Part shown: positions 21,023 to 33,333 of the stretch, piece by piece | How the letters are laid out: the number at the start of each line of letters is the position of its first letter | How positions within the stretch are numbered: the stretch's first letter is position 1 | Position numbers and translations under genes: made by a program | DNA from: Candidatus Gottesmanbacteria bacterium | Lineage (GTDB): Bacteria; Patescibacteriota; Microgenomatia; UBA10105; UBA927 | Length of the DNA stretch: 35,707 bases | Direction: 5' to 3' | Assembly (NCBI GenBank): GCA_963711735.1 | Contig: CAVQFA010000005.1 | Coordinates: 335,778-371,484, forward strand | Notes under the pieces: generated by a model | Databases searched by the model: none | Seen by the model: only the letters and a program-made list of their open reading frames with translations | What the model was told of the DNA's origin: nothing

Positions 21023-21052
21023 TTGACCGCCGCTGCCGGCTCACCCTACAGT
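21023..21052 (+). promoter_or_regulatory. Putative sigma70 promoter TTGACC-N18-TACAGT, with SD GGAGGAG downstream
   Basis: Lies in the divergent intergenic gap upstream of ATG 21070. Confidence 0.45.
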
Positions 21053-21069
21053 GCGGCGGGGGAGGAGTG

Positions 21070-22203
21070 ATGAAGGACAAGGTTCGCATCGGCATCATCG
21101 GCGTCGGCCAGATCGGCACCAACCATCTCAACCACTACGCGCGAGATCCCGGAGGCCCAGGTCGTGGCGGCGGCGGATCTCTTCCCCGAGAAGCTCGAAG
21201 CTGCGCGGGCGAGAGGTTCGGCATCCCCGACACCTACGGCGACTACAAGGAGCTGCTCACGCGCGACGACCTCGACGCGGTCGACGTGTGCGTGCACAAC
21301 AACAAGCACGCGCCGATCGCGATCGCGGTGCTCGAGAGCGGCAAGCACGTCTACTGCGAGAAGCCGATGGCCGGCACCTTCCGCGACGCCGAGAGCATGA
21401 TGGCCGCGGCGCGCAAGGCCGGCCGCATGCTCCACATCCAGATGGCCACGATCTACAAGCCCGAGACGCACGCCGCCAAGCGGCTCATCGACGAGGGCCA
21501 CCTCGGCCGGATCTACTACGCCCGCTCGTTCGGCTACCGCAGGCGCGGCAGGCCCTTCGTCGACGGCTACGGCACGGCCAACTTCGTCGACCGCAGCATC
21601 TCGGCGGGCGGGGCGCTCTTCGACGTGGGCATCTACCACCTCGCCCAGGTCCTCCACCTGATCGGCAACCCCGGCGTGAAGACGGTGACCGGCGCGACGC
21701 ACCAGGAGCTGGACATGTACGAGGACCGGCGCAAGTTCAGCAACTACAGCGTCGAGGAGATGGGCCTCGGCTGGGTGCGCCTGGACGGCGGCATCTCGTT
21801 CGACATCGAGGAGACCTGGGCCGTGCACCACGACGGCCAGGAGGCCAGCAAGGTGCTCGGCAGCAAGGGCGGCCTGCGCCTCGACCCGCTCACGTTCTTC
21901 TCCAGCATCGCCGACATGCCGGCGAGCAGCACCTTCGACCTCAAGGCCTCGGACACGCGCTGGCACGCCTGCTTCCCCGAGACCGCCTGGTACGACTCCT
22001 CGCAGCGCCACTGGGTCGGCGCCCTGCTCGGCCGAGGTGAAGCTGCTGCCGACCGCCGAGATCGCGCTCAACGCGGCGCTCATCAGCGAAGGGCATCTAC
22101 CAGTCGGCCGGCTCGGGCGCGAGCTCACCGCCGAGGAGATCCGCAAGCGCCTCCAAGAGCATCGCGATCGACCCGTATACGCCGGAGAAGGTGTGGAAAC
22201 AAC
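21070..22203 (+). CDS. Gfo/Idh/MocA family oxidoreductase (several frameshifts; end approximate)
   Basis: IGIIGVGQIG Rossmann motif, GKHVYCEKP and GGALFDVGIY. Confidence 0.88.
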
Positions 22204-22984
22204 ATGAAGAAGAAGGTCCCGATCGGCTTGCAGCTCTACTCGGTCCGGGCCGAGTGCGAGAAGGACCTGGCGGCGACGCTCGCCGAGGTCGCCCGCATCG
22301 GCTACCGGGGCGTCGAGCCCTGGGGCTACGACGGCTCGACGCGTGACGTGGATGGGCCACGGCGCCGCCGAGATCCGGCGCGATGCTCGACGACAACGGC
22401 CTGGCCTGCTGCGGCATCCACCTGCGGACCGAGGCGCTGCGTCGGCGAAGCCTCGCGCGCACCGTCGAGCTCAACCGGATCCTGGGCAACCGCTTTCTCA
22501 TCGTCGCGTCGGACAAGGCAGCGCATGGCCTCGACCGCAGGGCATCCGGGAATCTCGCCGGCATCCTCGACCGGCGGCCGCCGAGCGTGAGAGCGGATCG
22601 GGATGTTCGTCGGCTACCACTCCCACGGCTTCGACTTTGCGCCGGGTCGACGGCGAGATCGCGTGGGACACGGCTGTTCTCGACGGACACGCGTCGGACG
22701 TGATCATGCAGCTCGACAACGGCAACTGCGCGAGCGGCGGCGGCGACCCGATCGCGACCCTGCGCAGGTTTCCCGGCCGCGCCCGCTCCGTGCACCTCAA
22801 GGAGCACGGCGGCCCTGCCGGCTCGGTGATCGGCGAGGGCACGATGGACTGGAAGGAGACCTTCCGGCTGTGCGAGACGACGCAGAACACCGAGTGGTAC
22901 GTGGTCGAAGAAGGGTCGGCCGACGGCAGCGGCTTCGACATCCCGCGGCGCAGCCTCGAGGCTCTGCGCCGCATGGGCAAGTGA
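22204..22984 (+). CDS. Sugar phosphate isomerase/epimerase (IolE-like TIM barrel), frameshifted
   Basis: IGLQLYSVR, IGYRGVE, GYHSH, MQLDNGN, SVHLKE and YVVEEG, spread over three frames. Confidence 0.85.
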
Positions 22985-22993
22985 GGGCGGCGG

Positions 22994-24248
22994 ATGATCA
23001 CGGAAGTTCGGCGACGGCCGCGACTGGTTCTTCGAGAAGCGCTTCGGCCTGTTCGTGCACTGGGGGCTGTACGCGATCCCGGCGTGGCACGAGCAGATCC
23101 TGTGGCGCGGGGGCGTGAAGCGGCGCGACTACGAGAAGCTCGTCGCCCAGTTCAACCCGCGCAGCTACGACCCCGAGCGCTGGCTCGACGCGCTGCAGGC
23201 GGCCGGCATGGAGTACCTCTGCTTCACCACCAAGCACCACGACGGCTTCTGCATGTGGGACACCGCGCAGACCGACTACAAGGTGACGAACACGCCGTAC
23301 GGGCGGGACGTGCTCGCCATGCTGGCCGAGGCCTGCCGCAGGCGCGGCATTCTCCTCGGGCTCTACTACTCGCTGCCGGACTGGCATCACCCCAACTACC
23401 CGAACCTGGGCCGCCACCACGAGATGTTCGGCCCCCGGCCGGGCGACGAGCCCGACGAGGCGAGGTACCTCGAATACGTGCGGGCGCAGGTGCGCGAGCT
23501 GCTCACGGGCTACGGCCCGATCCACGAGATGTTCTGGGACGTGAACGTCGCCGAGTTCTCCGACCCGAGCTTCAACGCGATGGTCCGCGAGCTGCAGCCC
23601 GACTGCCTCATCAACGACCGGGGCCCGAGCCCGGGCGACTACTCGACGCCCGAGCGCCACGTGCCCGAGGGCGGCGCCTTCGAGCGCCTCACCGAGGCCT
23701 GCCAGGCCATGGGCCGCGAGAGCTGGGGCTACCGCGAGGACGAGGACTACTACAGCCACGAAGTTCCTGATGGCGAGCATCGACCGGATCATGGCGATGG
23801 GCGGCAACTACCTGCTCAACGTCGGGCCGAAGCCCGACGGCACGCTGCCCGCCGCAGTGCGTCGCGGACCTCGCGCGCATCGGGCGCTGGTACCACAGGG
23901 TCAAGGAGGCCTTGTCGGCGCCGACTCCCTGCTCCTCGATGCTGGCGGCCGGCGGCTCCTACCCCTTCCGCTACGACGACGTGCTGCTCACCCGCAAGGG
24001 CAACACCTTCTACGTGCACTGTCCGCAGGACCTCCAGACCTCGGCTATCGTGCTGCCCGGCATCGACGCGTGGCCCCGCTCCGCCGCGCTGCTCAACGAC
24101 GGCAGGCCGCTGCGCGCCGTCGTGGACACGATCCCCTGGCGGTGGAAGGAGAAGCCCTGCCTGCGGATCACCGGCCTGCCCGGTCAACGAGATCACCGAC
24201 GAGCCTCTCGTCGTGAGGCTGCAGTTCGACGACGCGGTGGCGGAGTGA
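22994..24248 (+). CDS. Alpha-L-fucosidase, GH29 (frameshifted)
   Basis: FGLFVHWGLY, TTKHHDGFCMWD, YYSLPDW, nucleophile motif FWD, INDR and GGNYLLNVGP. Confidence 0.9.
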
Positions 24249-24296
24249 ACCCGCGGGTTTGACCGCCCCGGCCGGCGGTGCTACCGTGCAGCCGCT

Positions 24297-25506
24297 ATGG
24301 AAAACCCGTCCGGTCCCTGGGAGAGCGAGCACTGGTTCTGCAGCCCTCACAACTTCGACGCCTCGATGCGCGTGGCCGATCACAAGGTCGAGCTGCACGA
24401 CATCACGGTGCGCGACGGCGAGGAGTGCGCCGACGTCGCCTTCACCGTCGACGACAAGGTGCGCATCGCCGAGGCGCTCGCCCTCGTCGGCATCCGGCGC
24501 ATGGAGCTGTTCCTCACCGTGCCCGGGCTGGCTGGAGGCCGTGCGCGCCATCATGCGGCCGCCGCCTCCCGCTCAAGCTGTACGTCACCTGGCACCCGGG
24601 CCGCGTCGAGCGGGCGCTCGAGGTCGGCGTGCGGCACATCATGGTCTGGTACCGCATCGGCGAGCACCAGCAGAAGCACGACCTCAAGACGCCGCGCGCC
24701 GCAGCTCCTCGACGAGGCCGTCGCACAGGTGGCCGCCGCGCGCAAGGCCGGCTGCGAGGTCAACCTCTTCATGCCCGGAGGCCGTGCGCGCGACCCTCGA
24801 CCAGATCAAAGAAGCGGTCCTGGCGGCCAAAGCGGCGGGCGCCTCGGCGGTCACGGTCGTCGACAGCCACGGCGTGGCGCGGCCGCCGGCCATCGGGTTC
24901 CTGGTGCGCCAGGTGCGCGAGTGGTGCGGGCTGGAGGTCGACGTGCACTGCCACAACGACTTCGGCCTGTCGACGGCCAACGTGCTCGCGGCCTACGACG
25001 CCGGCGCCGTCGGCCTGAACGTGGCGGTCAACGGCCTCGGCTACCGCGCCGGCAACGCCGCCCTGGACGAGGTCGCCACGGCGCTGCGCATCCTCTACGG
25101 CGTCGACACGGGCGTGCGCCTGGAGATGCTGCCGTGGCTGAGCGGGCTCGTCGAGGAGATCACGCGGATCCCGATCGGCTACTTCAAGCCGATCGTGGGC
25201 AAGGGCGCCTTTTCGGTGGAGCAGTGGGGCTCGGCCGCGGCCATGGAGGCCGCCGGCGTGCGGCGCTTCGCCTTCGCCTTCGAGCCCGAGGTCGTCGCGC
25301 GCAAGCCCCGGGTCGTCGTGGGCAAGTGGAGCGACGTGGGCGCGGTGGTCAAGAAGCTCACCGACTTCGGCCTGACTGCCTCGCCGGAGCAGGCGCGGGC
25401 GATCCTGGTCGAGTGCCAGCGCGCCGGCATCGCCCACCACAGGCCGCTCAACGACGACGAGTTCCTCGCGATCGCGAAGGCCGGCGGCGCGAAGACCGCG
25501 GAGTAG
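24297..25506 (+). CDS. DRE-TIM metallolyase, isopropylmalate/homocitrate/citramalate synthase-like (frameshifted)
   Basis: DITVRDGEE, HCHNDFGLSTAN and NGLGYRAGNAALDEV. No LeuA regulatory domain. Confidence 0.85.
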
Positions 25507-25512
25507 CCGGCG

Positions 25513-27352
25513 CTATCGGGCGCCGCTCCTCAGCAGCTCCTCGTAGCGCGCCAGCGGCTCCTCGAGGGCGTGGATGCCGGCGGCCCAGAACTCGGGCCTG
25601 CGGATGTCCTCGCCCAGGGCCTGCCGCACCACCTCCTCGGCCGATCCGCTGCCGGTCAGGCGCAGAAAGCGCTCGTAGTCCGCCAGGAACGCGGCGCCCT
25701 TCTGCCTGAAGAGACGCACCAGCGCCATGGCCAGCAGAAAGCCAAAGGTGTAGGGGAAGTTGTAGAAAGTCGTCCCCGTGATGTAGAAGTGCAGCTTGCT
25801 CGCCCAGAACCACGGGTCCACTCCGTCGCTCAGCAGGGCGTCGCCCCAGACGCGGCGCTGCGCCGCAACCATCAGCTCGCCGAGGCGCGACGCCCCGACC
25901 TCGCCTGCCGAGCGCTCGTCGTGGAAGGACCGCTCGAACTCGTAGCGGACAGTGATGTCGAGAAGCATGATGGCGGCGTCGCAGAGCTCGCCGTCGAGCA
26001 TGAGCAGCTTCTGCGCGTCGGGCAGGCCCGGGTCGTCGGCAACGCCTTCGGCCAGGATCTGCTCGGCGAAGACCGAGGCCGTCTCGGCCAGCGTCATCGG
26101 GTAGCCGTGCGCCATCGGGCGCATGTCGCGCATCAGCCAGCCGTGCCAGGCGTGACCCGTCTCGTGAGCGAGCGTGGAGGCGTCGCGCAAGGCTCCCCCG
26201 AAGGTCATGTACACTCGCTGCTCTCCCGTCACCACGCTCCCCGTGCAGAAGGCCCCGGGCCGCTTGCCCGGCCGCTTCTCGCTCTCGATCCATCGCTTCT
26301 GGATGGCGCTCTCGTAGTACTCGGCGAGGCCGGGATAGACCCGGGCAAAGGCGCGGCCCACCATCCGCGAGCCGCCTTCCCATGTGACTTCTCCCGAGTC
26401 TGCCGACGGGAGAGGAAGGGGAGCTTCCCGCTCGAACCACCAGATGCCGGAGCGGCCAAGGGCCCGCGCCTTGGCCCTGAAGATGCGCCGCGGGATCTCC
26501 ACGTTCGCGTGGATGGCGCTGTACATCGCCTCCAGCGTTTCGAGGTCGACCTGCGACTGGTAGAGCGCGGGCTCGAGGTAGTGGCCGTGGCCCCTGTACC
26601 TGTTGAGCGTGAGGCGGTTGCCGGCGATGGCGTTGATGGCCGCCGCGCACACGTCGCCGACGCGCGCCCACTCGCGGTTGCCGCCTTCGAAGGCGGCGCG
26701 GCCGACCTCGCGGTCCGCGGAGCTCATGAGGGCCCGCCACTGCGCCATGGGCACCCTCTCGCTCCTGCCTTTCGACGGGCCTTCGGGCCACTTCATCTCG
26801 AAGTCGAGCTTGCCGCTGACTGTGTTGTACATCCGCCCCCAGGCGTGCAGGCCATCGACCGCGAGGTCGGCCGCGAGCTTTTCCTGCTCCCGCGACATCG
26901 TGTGCCGCGCTCGCCGCCGCAGCCGCCGCAGCCTGTGGCCTGCGCTGCGCAGCCTGTCGCGGGCGGCGAAGGCGGCGAAGTCGTCGTCGCCCGCCGCCTT
27001 GAAGGCGTGGAGCAGGTCGACCTCGGCCTTTTCCGCCTCGGCCCCGAGCTGCGTGAGGCCCGCCTCCTCGCGGCTGTAGGCCTCGCTGGCGGCGTCGGCG
27101 GCGCCGAGGCATTCGACGTAGGCCATGACGTGGCCGAGGCGCGCCTCGATGTCCTCGAGGCTGAGCACGACGGCTTCCCAGACGCCGGCCGCAGCTGCGG
27201 TGAGAGGCCCGGCGACCGCCGCCTGCTCCTGCACCGCCGCCACGTCGTCGGCCAGCCGTTTCTTGAAGGCCCGCATTTCGGGCCCGTCAAAGGAGGGAAA
27301 GAAGCTCGCAGAGATCCCAGACCTGCAGGCCCGGGGTGGCTGCCTTGCTCAT
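25513..27352 (-). CDS. M3 family oligoendopeptidase (PepF-like); frameshift near 27310
   Basis: GKRPGAFC, TLAHETGHA (HExxH), AETAS and FYNFPYTFG. N-terminal WDL..FFP motif after ATG 27352. Confidence 0.92.
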
Positions 27353-27413
27353 GGTGCGGCCATTATGGCGGGCGGCCGCCCCGCTGTCACGGGGCAGCCG
27401 CCTTCTTCACGGG

Positions 27414-30400
27414 TCACTTCCATTTGGCGAATCGGGCGCCATTCACGGGCACGAGATACCGGACGGTCGAGCTGTCCTGCCGCCAGTAGAAGTCGGCGGC
27501 GGAGCCGCCGGACACCTCGGTTCCCGTGTCGAGATCGCTGCTGTAGGTGCCGTCGATCTCGAGGCCGTTGACGACTGTCGCCTGCGTGATCCCGTCGGCG
27601 CCGTACGTCACCAGGTTGACGGTGAGGATGTTGTAGCGGAAGGTGATCGCCGGGAAGGTCGACACGATCCTGATCGCCTCGAAGCTCACGATCTCCATCT
27701 TCCCGTACTTCCCGGAGCTCGTGTAGTAGACCAGGACGGAGCCGGGCGCGAGGGAGCTCGAGGCGATCGGGTCGCTGCCGTTGATCGCACCCGTGCTCAT
27801 GTAGGAGCTTGCGGCCGTCGACGAAACGGTGGTGGAGTAGGCGCCCCACAAGTCCTTGCCGGCGATGCTCCCATACGTCTCGGCCAGGCTCGTCTGGTCG
27901 TAGATCGAGCCCGAGACGTTGCCTGCGCCGTCCTTGAACTGGGCGTAGACGGTCTTGAGGTTGTTCAAGGGCATGAGGTACCACGCCGGGCTCGTCCTGC
28001 TGCTCGTGTAGGCCTCCCAGTCCGACCAGGCCGGTGCTCCGGAGTTGTACATTCGCCGCTGGACGACCCCGGACAGGTTGTCGGTGATGTAGAAGTACAG
28101 GTACGAGTCCGTGTAGGGGGTGGTCGCCAGGTTGCTCGATTCGATGTAGAAGTATCCGCTCGGCGGCGTGACGTCGTACACGATGCTGTCGTACACGATG
28201 GAAGAGATGTTGCCCGCCGTGTCCCTGACCTGCGAGTATGCGTACTTCGTCCCCTCGGTGGTCGTGCCGCCGTAGGTCGCCGACGTGATGTCCCAGCCCG
28301 ATCGCGTCGCGCTGTAGGTCTCCCAGCCGGTCCAGGTCGAGGAGTTGTTGGAGAAGCGCATCTGGTAGAGGCCGCTGCTCGGCGCCGCGTCGCCCGCTGT
28401 CAGGGTGATCGTAACCGCAGCGCTGTTGGCGTAGGTCGCGCCTGCGTTGAGGCTCACCGCGGCCGTGGGAGCGACCGTGTCGTAGATGATGGCGTCGGTG
28501 GCCGTGTACGTCACCGCGCTGCCGTTGCCGAGCGGGTCCTTGATCTGCACGTAGACGGTCTTGGTGCCCTGGCCCGTGGTGCCGCCGTAGCCCGAGATCA
28601 CGCTCCACGCCGCCTTGGTGGCCGCGTAGGCCTCCCAGCCGCTCCACGACGCTGCCGTTGTTCGAGAAGCGCATCTGCAGCTGGCTCGAGGCATAGACGT
28701 TGTCCGAAGCCGACAGGGTGAGCGTCACCGAGCCGGAGTTGGTGGCAGCCGCGCCGGCGTTGCACCGAGAGCGTTGCCGTCGGTGCCGTGTTGTCGAAGA
28801 CGACCGTTGCCGTCCTGCTCGTGATGTTGCCGGCGCCGCCCGCGAGGTCGGCGTACTGCGCGTAGATCGTGCGGGTCCCGTTCGTTGTCGAGCCGCCGGG
28901 CGAAGAGACCACGCTCCAGCCTGCGTACGTAGGCGTTGTATGCCACCCACGAGCTCCAGGCGCTGTTGTTGTTCGAGAAGCGCATCGACTGCGCGCCGCT
29001 GATGGCGGAGGTTGATCGTGACCGTCCCCGACTGAGTCGGGTTGGGTGACGCCGAGAAGGAGCCCAACGGAGGCTGCGTGTCGAGAGATGACCGTGTACG
29101 AAGCGTTCGCCGGGGTCGGATTGTTGCCCGCCGCGTCCCTGAACCAGGCGTAGACGGTCTTGGTCGCTGTCGCCCGCGGTCAGCGTCCACGATGCGGTCG
29201 AGGCCGCCGGGATCCAGCTCGTCGGGACCGGCGGTGTCGGTGTTGGAGAACGCCATCTGCGTGACGGCGCTGCCGCCGCCTGCGGACGGCGGCGTGATTC
29301 CGGTCAGCGTCACCGACGTGCTGTTGACTTTGCCCAAGGTGTTGACGATGCTGAACGACCCGCCCGTTTGCGCAATATCTGTCGTAGAGGATCGTCTGGC
29401 TGACGGTGCGCGTGTTGCCCGCCTGGTCCTTGATCCTGAGGCTGATCGCCTTGTTCCCCTGGCGTCGAGCCGTCGAGGACCACGTTGAGCACACCGCTCG
29501 CCGCGGTGTAGTCGAACTCCGCGCTTGCAGGGGGCGTCCCGGACAGGGTCCCGTTCAGGGGCCCGGCGCCGACCAGGCCGAGGCCGCAGCCAGACCGGCG
29601 CTCGGCTCGATCTTCAGCTTGGAGAGGCCGCTTCCCGTGCCGTCTCCCGCGGTGAGCGCGAGCGCGATCGAAGTGAGCGTTGGTCGCGAGGCCGCCGGCC
29701 TGGAGCTGGTAGCTCAGCGTCGGGGCCGTCGTGTCGAGGTAGATCCGGTCGCTGTAGGCCGGCGAGCTGTTGCCGACCGCATCCCGGAACTGCCGAGTAG
29801 ACGGTGTAGGTGCCCTCGGCGGTGCCCCCGAGGACCCAACCCGGCCTTGCTCGTGGCGTAGGTCTCCCACGAGGCGCCGGCGAGCTCGCGATTGGCTGTT
29901 GCCGAAGCGCATCTGCTTGCGGTTCTGCGTGTCCGAGCCGTCGCTAGACTCGCCGCTTCCCTTGACGCCGCCCGCCAGTCGGATCGGAGGCCGAGAGCGT
30001 GAGCCCCACCGTCGTGCTCCCCACGAACTCCGCGCCGGCCGGTGCCGTTGACCGTCACGCTGCCGGTGGGCACCGCCGGCGTCGACGATGATCGTACGGG
30101 TGGTTGCCGACGCTGGGGTTGACGTTGCCGTTGGTGTCTTCGAAGGTCATCTCGATCGTCTTGACGCCTTCGGTGAACGGGACGGCCCAGTGGATCGTCG
30201 GGTTGGTGTCGTAGGAGTAGGCGTCGGCAGTTGCGGGTCACCCGCGTTGTGGACGAGGGTGAGCGCGATGCCCGCGTCGTCGGTCGCCTGGATGTCGCTC
30301 AGACGTGACGCCGGCGTCGGCCGTGTAGTGGGGGTCGCCGGTCGAGCCGGTGACCGTGAAGCCGACGACCGCGGGCGGTTCGGTGTCGGCATCCTTGCCG

Positions 30401-31123
30401 GTGACGAAGGCGGCCGTGTACCCCGAGCCGCCCATCAGGAGAGTGCTGTCCGTGATGATGTAGTTGCCCTGCTGGTAGGACGCGATGTCGAGGAACCCCC
30501 TGACCTCCGGGGCGACGGATACGACGTAGTTCGAGTAGAGGTTGAGATCGTTCGACGGGGTTGAACTTGATCGTCTTGCCGTCCGCCGACATCGAGTAAG
30601 CGCCGGAGGCGATCTGGTCGTAGCCGCCGCGCAGCACCTTGAAGTTGGTGAGGCCGATCGAGTCGAAGTCGACCTGCGTCGAGAAGACCGCCGTCACGTT
30701 GGCGTTGCAGCGAGATGTCGTTGCCGATGGGCGTCGTGTAGAGGATCTTCGGCCTCTCCACGAGGATCGGCGCGATCGAGCGCGTTGCCGCCATGGACGG
30801 TCACCGTCACGCCGGACGCAGTCTGGGCGAAGGCGATCACGCCGGGACCGGCGATCTGTTGCCAGCCGATGAGGCCGTAGGCGGGGAACGGTGTCGCGGT
30901 CACGGTCAGCGGGCATGTTGTCCTTGGACGCCCGTGGCCCCCGAGGGCGACACGATCCCGTAGGCGCTCGGCTCGATCGTAAGCACCCGATCGCTGCGGT
31001 GGCCACCTCGACCTCGTCGGCGATCTGCGACTCCAGGTCCTTGTCGTCAAAGGGATTCGGGCAGGAGACCAGAAAAACACGACCGCGAGGACCGCGAGTA
31101 CCGATGACACCCGCCGTTTTCAT
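27414..31123 (-). CDS. Large surface lipoprotein with SbsA/Big_5-like and tandem Ig-like repeats (many frameshifts)
   Basis: Signal peptide ending LVS-C-PNPF. Recurrent ~100-aa Thr/Ser/Gly-rich modules with QMRFSN...W..WEAY...GTKTVY.Q..D.AGN...I.YDT..P. Confidence 0.7.
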
Positions 31124-33179
31124 TCTTCGCTCCATGCGCCGCCGCCGGCCCGCTGCGAAGCCGAAGCCGAGGCCCGGGCCGCCCCGTCGGTCCGCGACGC
31201 GAGGTATGCATAGTCGGAGGCGAGCTTCGGGTCGATTCGTTCGACCAGGGCGAACGCGCGGCCCGCCTCGGGAAAGTTCTCCAGCTCGTACTGGGTGCGC
31301 GCCAGCCCGAGCAGCGCCGCCTTGCTGTTCGGGGCGCGGCTGAGCGCCTCCTGGTAGGTGGCGATGGCTCCTGCGAAGTCCTTCTTCAGATAGGCCACGT
31401 TGCCGAGGTTGATCAGGGCGGGGCGTAGCCGCCCCTGACGGCCAGGTCGAATTCCGATCCGGGCTTCGGCGAGCAGGCCGTAGCGAGCGTACAGGACGCC
31501 GAGCTTGTTCACCAGCGCGGGGCTCCCGCCGCCCAGGCGGATCTCGCCCCGCAGCCTGTCTGCGCGCGGCGTCGACCTCGCGCTCGATAAAGCGGGCAAG
31601 GCTCGTGCTGTAGGCCCGCACGACCTCGTCGGCTTCGGGAAGCACGATGCGTGTGTCCTCGCCGGGCATCCCACCGGCTCGTACGTCTCCCACGCCGAAG
31701 CGATCACGATGAGGCGGCGGTCGAGGCCTTGGCATTGTCCTGCCATTGCCTGGCTCCGACGGTCCACGCCTTGTTGAACCCCTCGTTGACGAGCGTCATC
31801 TCGACGGGCACCCACACGGCGCCTTCGGCAGAAGATCAGCTCGTCGGGATTGAGGAACGTCGAGCGGGCTGCCGCCTCGTCCATGGCGAGGGCGAAGGCC
31901 ATGTAGATGTGGCCCGGGATCGTGATGAACGCCGTCTTGATGCCCACCGACTCGAGCACGGCCGCGTACATGATCGAGAGGTCGTCGCAGTCTCCGCCGC
32001 GGTACACGAGCGTCTGGTAGGGAAGCTGCAGGTAGTCGAGCGCGCCCTTGTCCTCGGACGAGATCTCCTTGTAGGGGGTCGTCGGGATCGACGACGTAGT
32101 TCAGCCCGTAGAGACGAAGCCCTTCGAACAGCCCCATGCCGAAGCGGAGGTTCTGGTCGATGTCGGCGCTGCCCGTTTCCCGGATGAGGCCCGCGGCGAA
32201 CTTGGAGTAGCGCAGGACCGCCGGGTCCTTGGCGCTGACGAAGGCCGCAGCCTTGCGGTCGTCGTCCCATGTCATGGCGTTGCGATGGTGAAGCCGCAGG
32301 GTGTCGTGAAGCGCGCCTGCCGCTGCGAGCCGAGGAACGAGTAGTCGACGACGATCTCCGCGGAGACCCGCGTGCTCTCGGTGAGTCGCAGGACCTGCTC
32401 GTTGAAGAGGGCGACACGGGACCTCCACGGACCGGCCCCGGGCAAGCGACGGGTAGGCAGCGCTCACCTTGGGCTGGTCCATGTACTGCTTGACGAACAC
32501 ACTGACCTTGACGTTCTGGATGTCGCCGTCCTCGCGGTTGACGATGGTGACCGCGCCGAACGGGTTCTTGTCGTAGTAGGCGTGGAAGATGGGGAAGATT
32601 GGGTCGAGCCTGACCGACGACGCCTCGACGTTGGTGCCGCCGCGCAGCCCGCCCAGGTTGATCGCGCCGGTGAGCGTCACGCCGAGTCCCTGGAAGAGGG
32701 CGTCGCCGCGCCGAGGTAGTGGCCGTAGGCGACCCGCCGAGGCCGACGGAGAACGTCGGCGTGAACCGGTACGCGGCGTCGGCGCGGGCTTTGGGTAGAA
32801 GCGCGCGGCCGATTCGTCGCCCCACGCGGCTGAGTAGTACCCGCCGCCTGCTGAGGCCGTGAAGCTGACGCGGGGGCTGACGCGGTGCTCGAACCCGGCG
32901 CCGATGCCGCTGGAGAGCAGGGACAGGCTCTCGTCCGCCGGCGTGGGCATCACGCCGTAGCCGACCTCGGCAGAGGGGAAGAACGGGGCAAAGGAAGGCA
33001 GGGGCAGCCGGGCTTCGAGGCAGCCGCCGGCCCCGACCTTGTACAGATCGGCGCTGGCCGCGAGCGGGACCAGCACTTCGGGCGCCAGCCGCAGCACGAG
33101 CGAGTCGAGCGGCTGGGCGGCCGCAGGGCGCCAGGAGCAGGGCTGCGAACAGCAACGCGGTGACGGTACGTCGCGTCAC
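31120..33179 (-). CDS. Exported protein with beta-rich N-terminus, transglutaminase-like domain and C-terminal TPRs (many frameshifts)
   Basis: GGDCDDLS...PGHIY...PVEMT, plus TPR motifs NKLGVLYARYG and ALINLGNVAY. Its stop overlaps the lipoprotein start (ATGA). Confidence 0.7.
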
Positions 33180-33279
33180 TAGATAGCCTCCGGCGTCGAG
33201 GTCGCTTTGTGTTGGCGGCCGGCGAAGCTAACACAATTCTAACACGGTCGGCTCGGAGGTCGAGTCGGTCAACGGTATG

Positions 33280-33314
33280 AAAAAAGATGAGGCGCTGCCG
33301 TGCGCGGCAGCGCC
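33280..33314 (-). terminator. Probable intrinsic terminator downstream of the LVIVD gene
   Basis: Perfect 10-bp stem GGCGCTGCCG/CGGCAGCGCC (33291-33314) with a 4-nt loop, followed on - by TCATCTTTTTT. Confidence 0.65.
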
Positions 33315-33333
33315 CCCCTGTCGCTCAGCGGAG

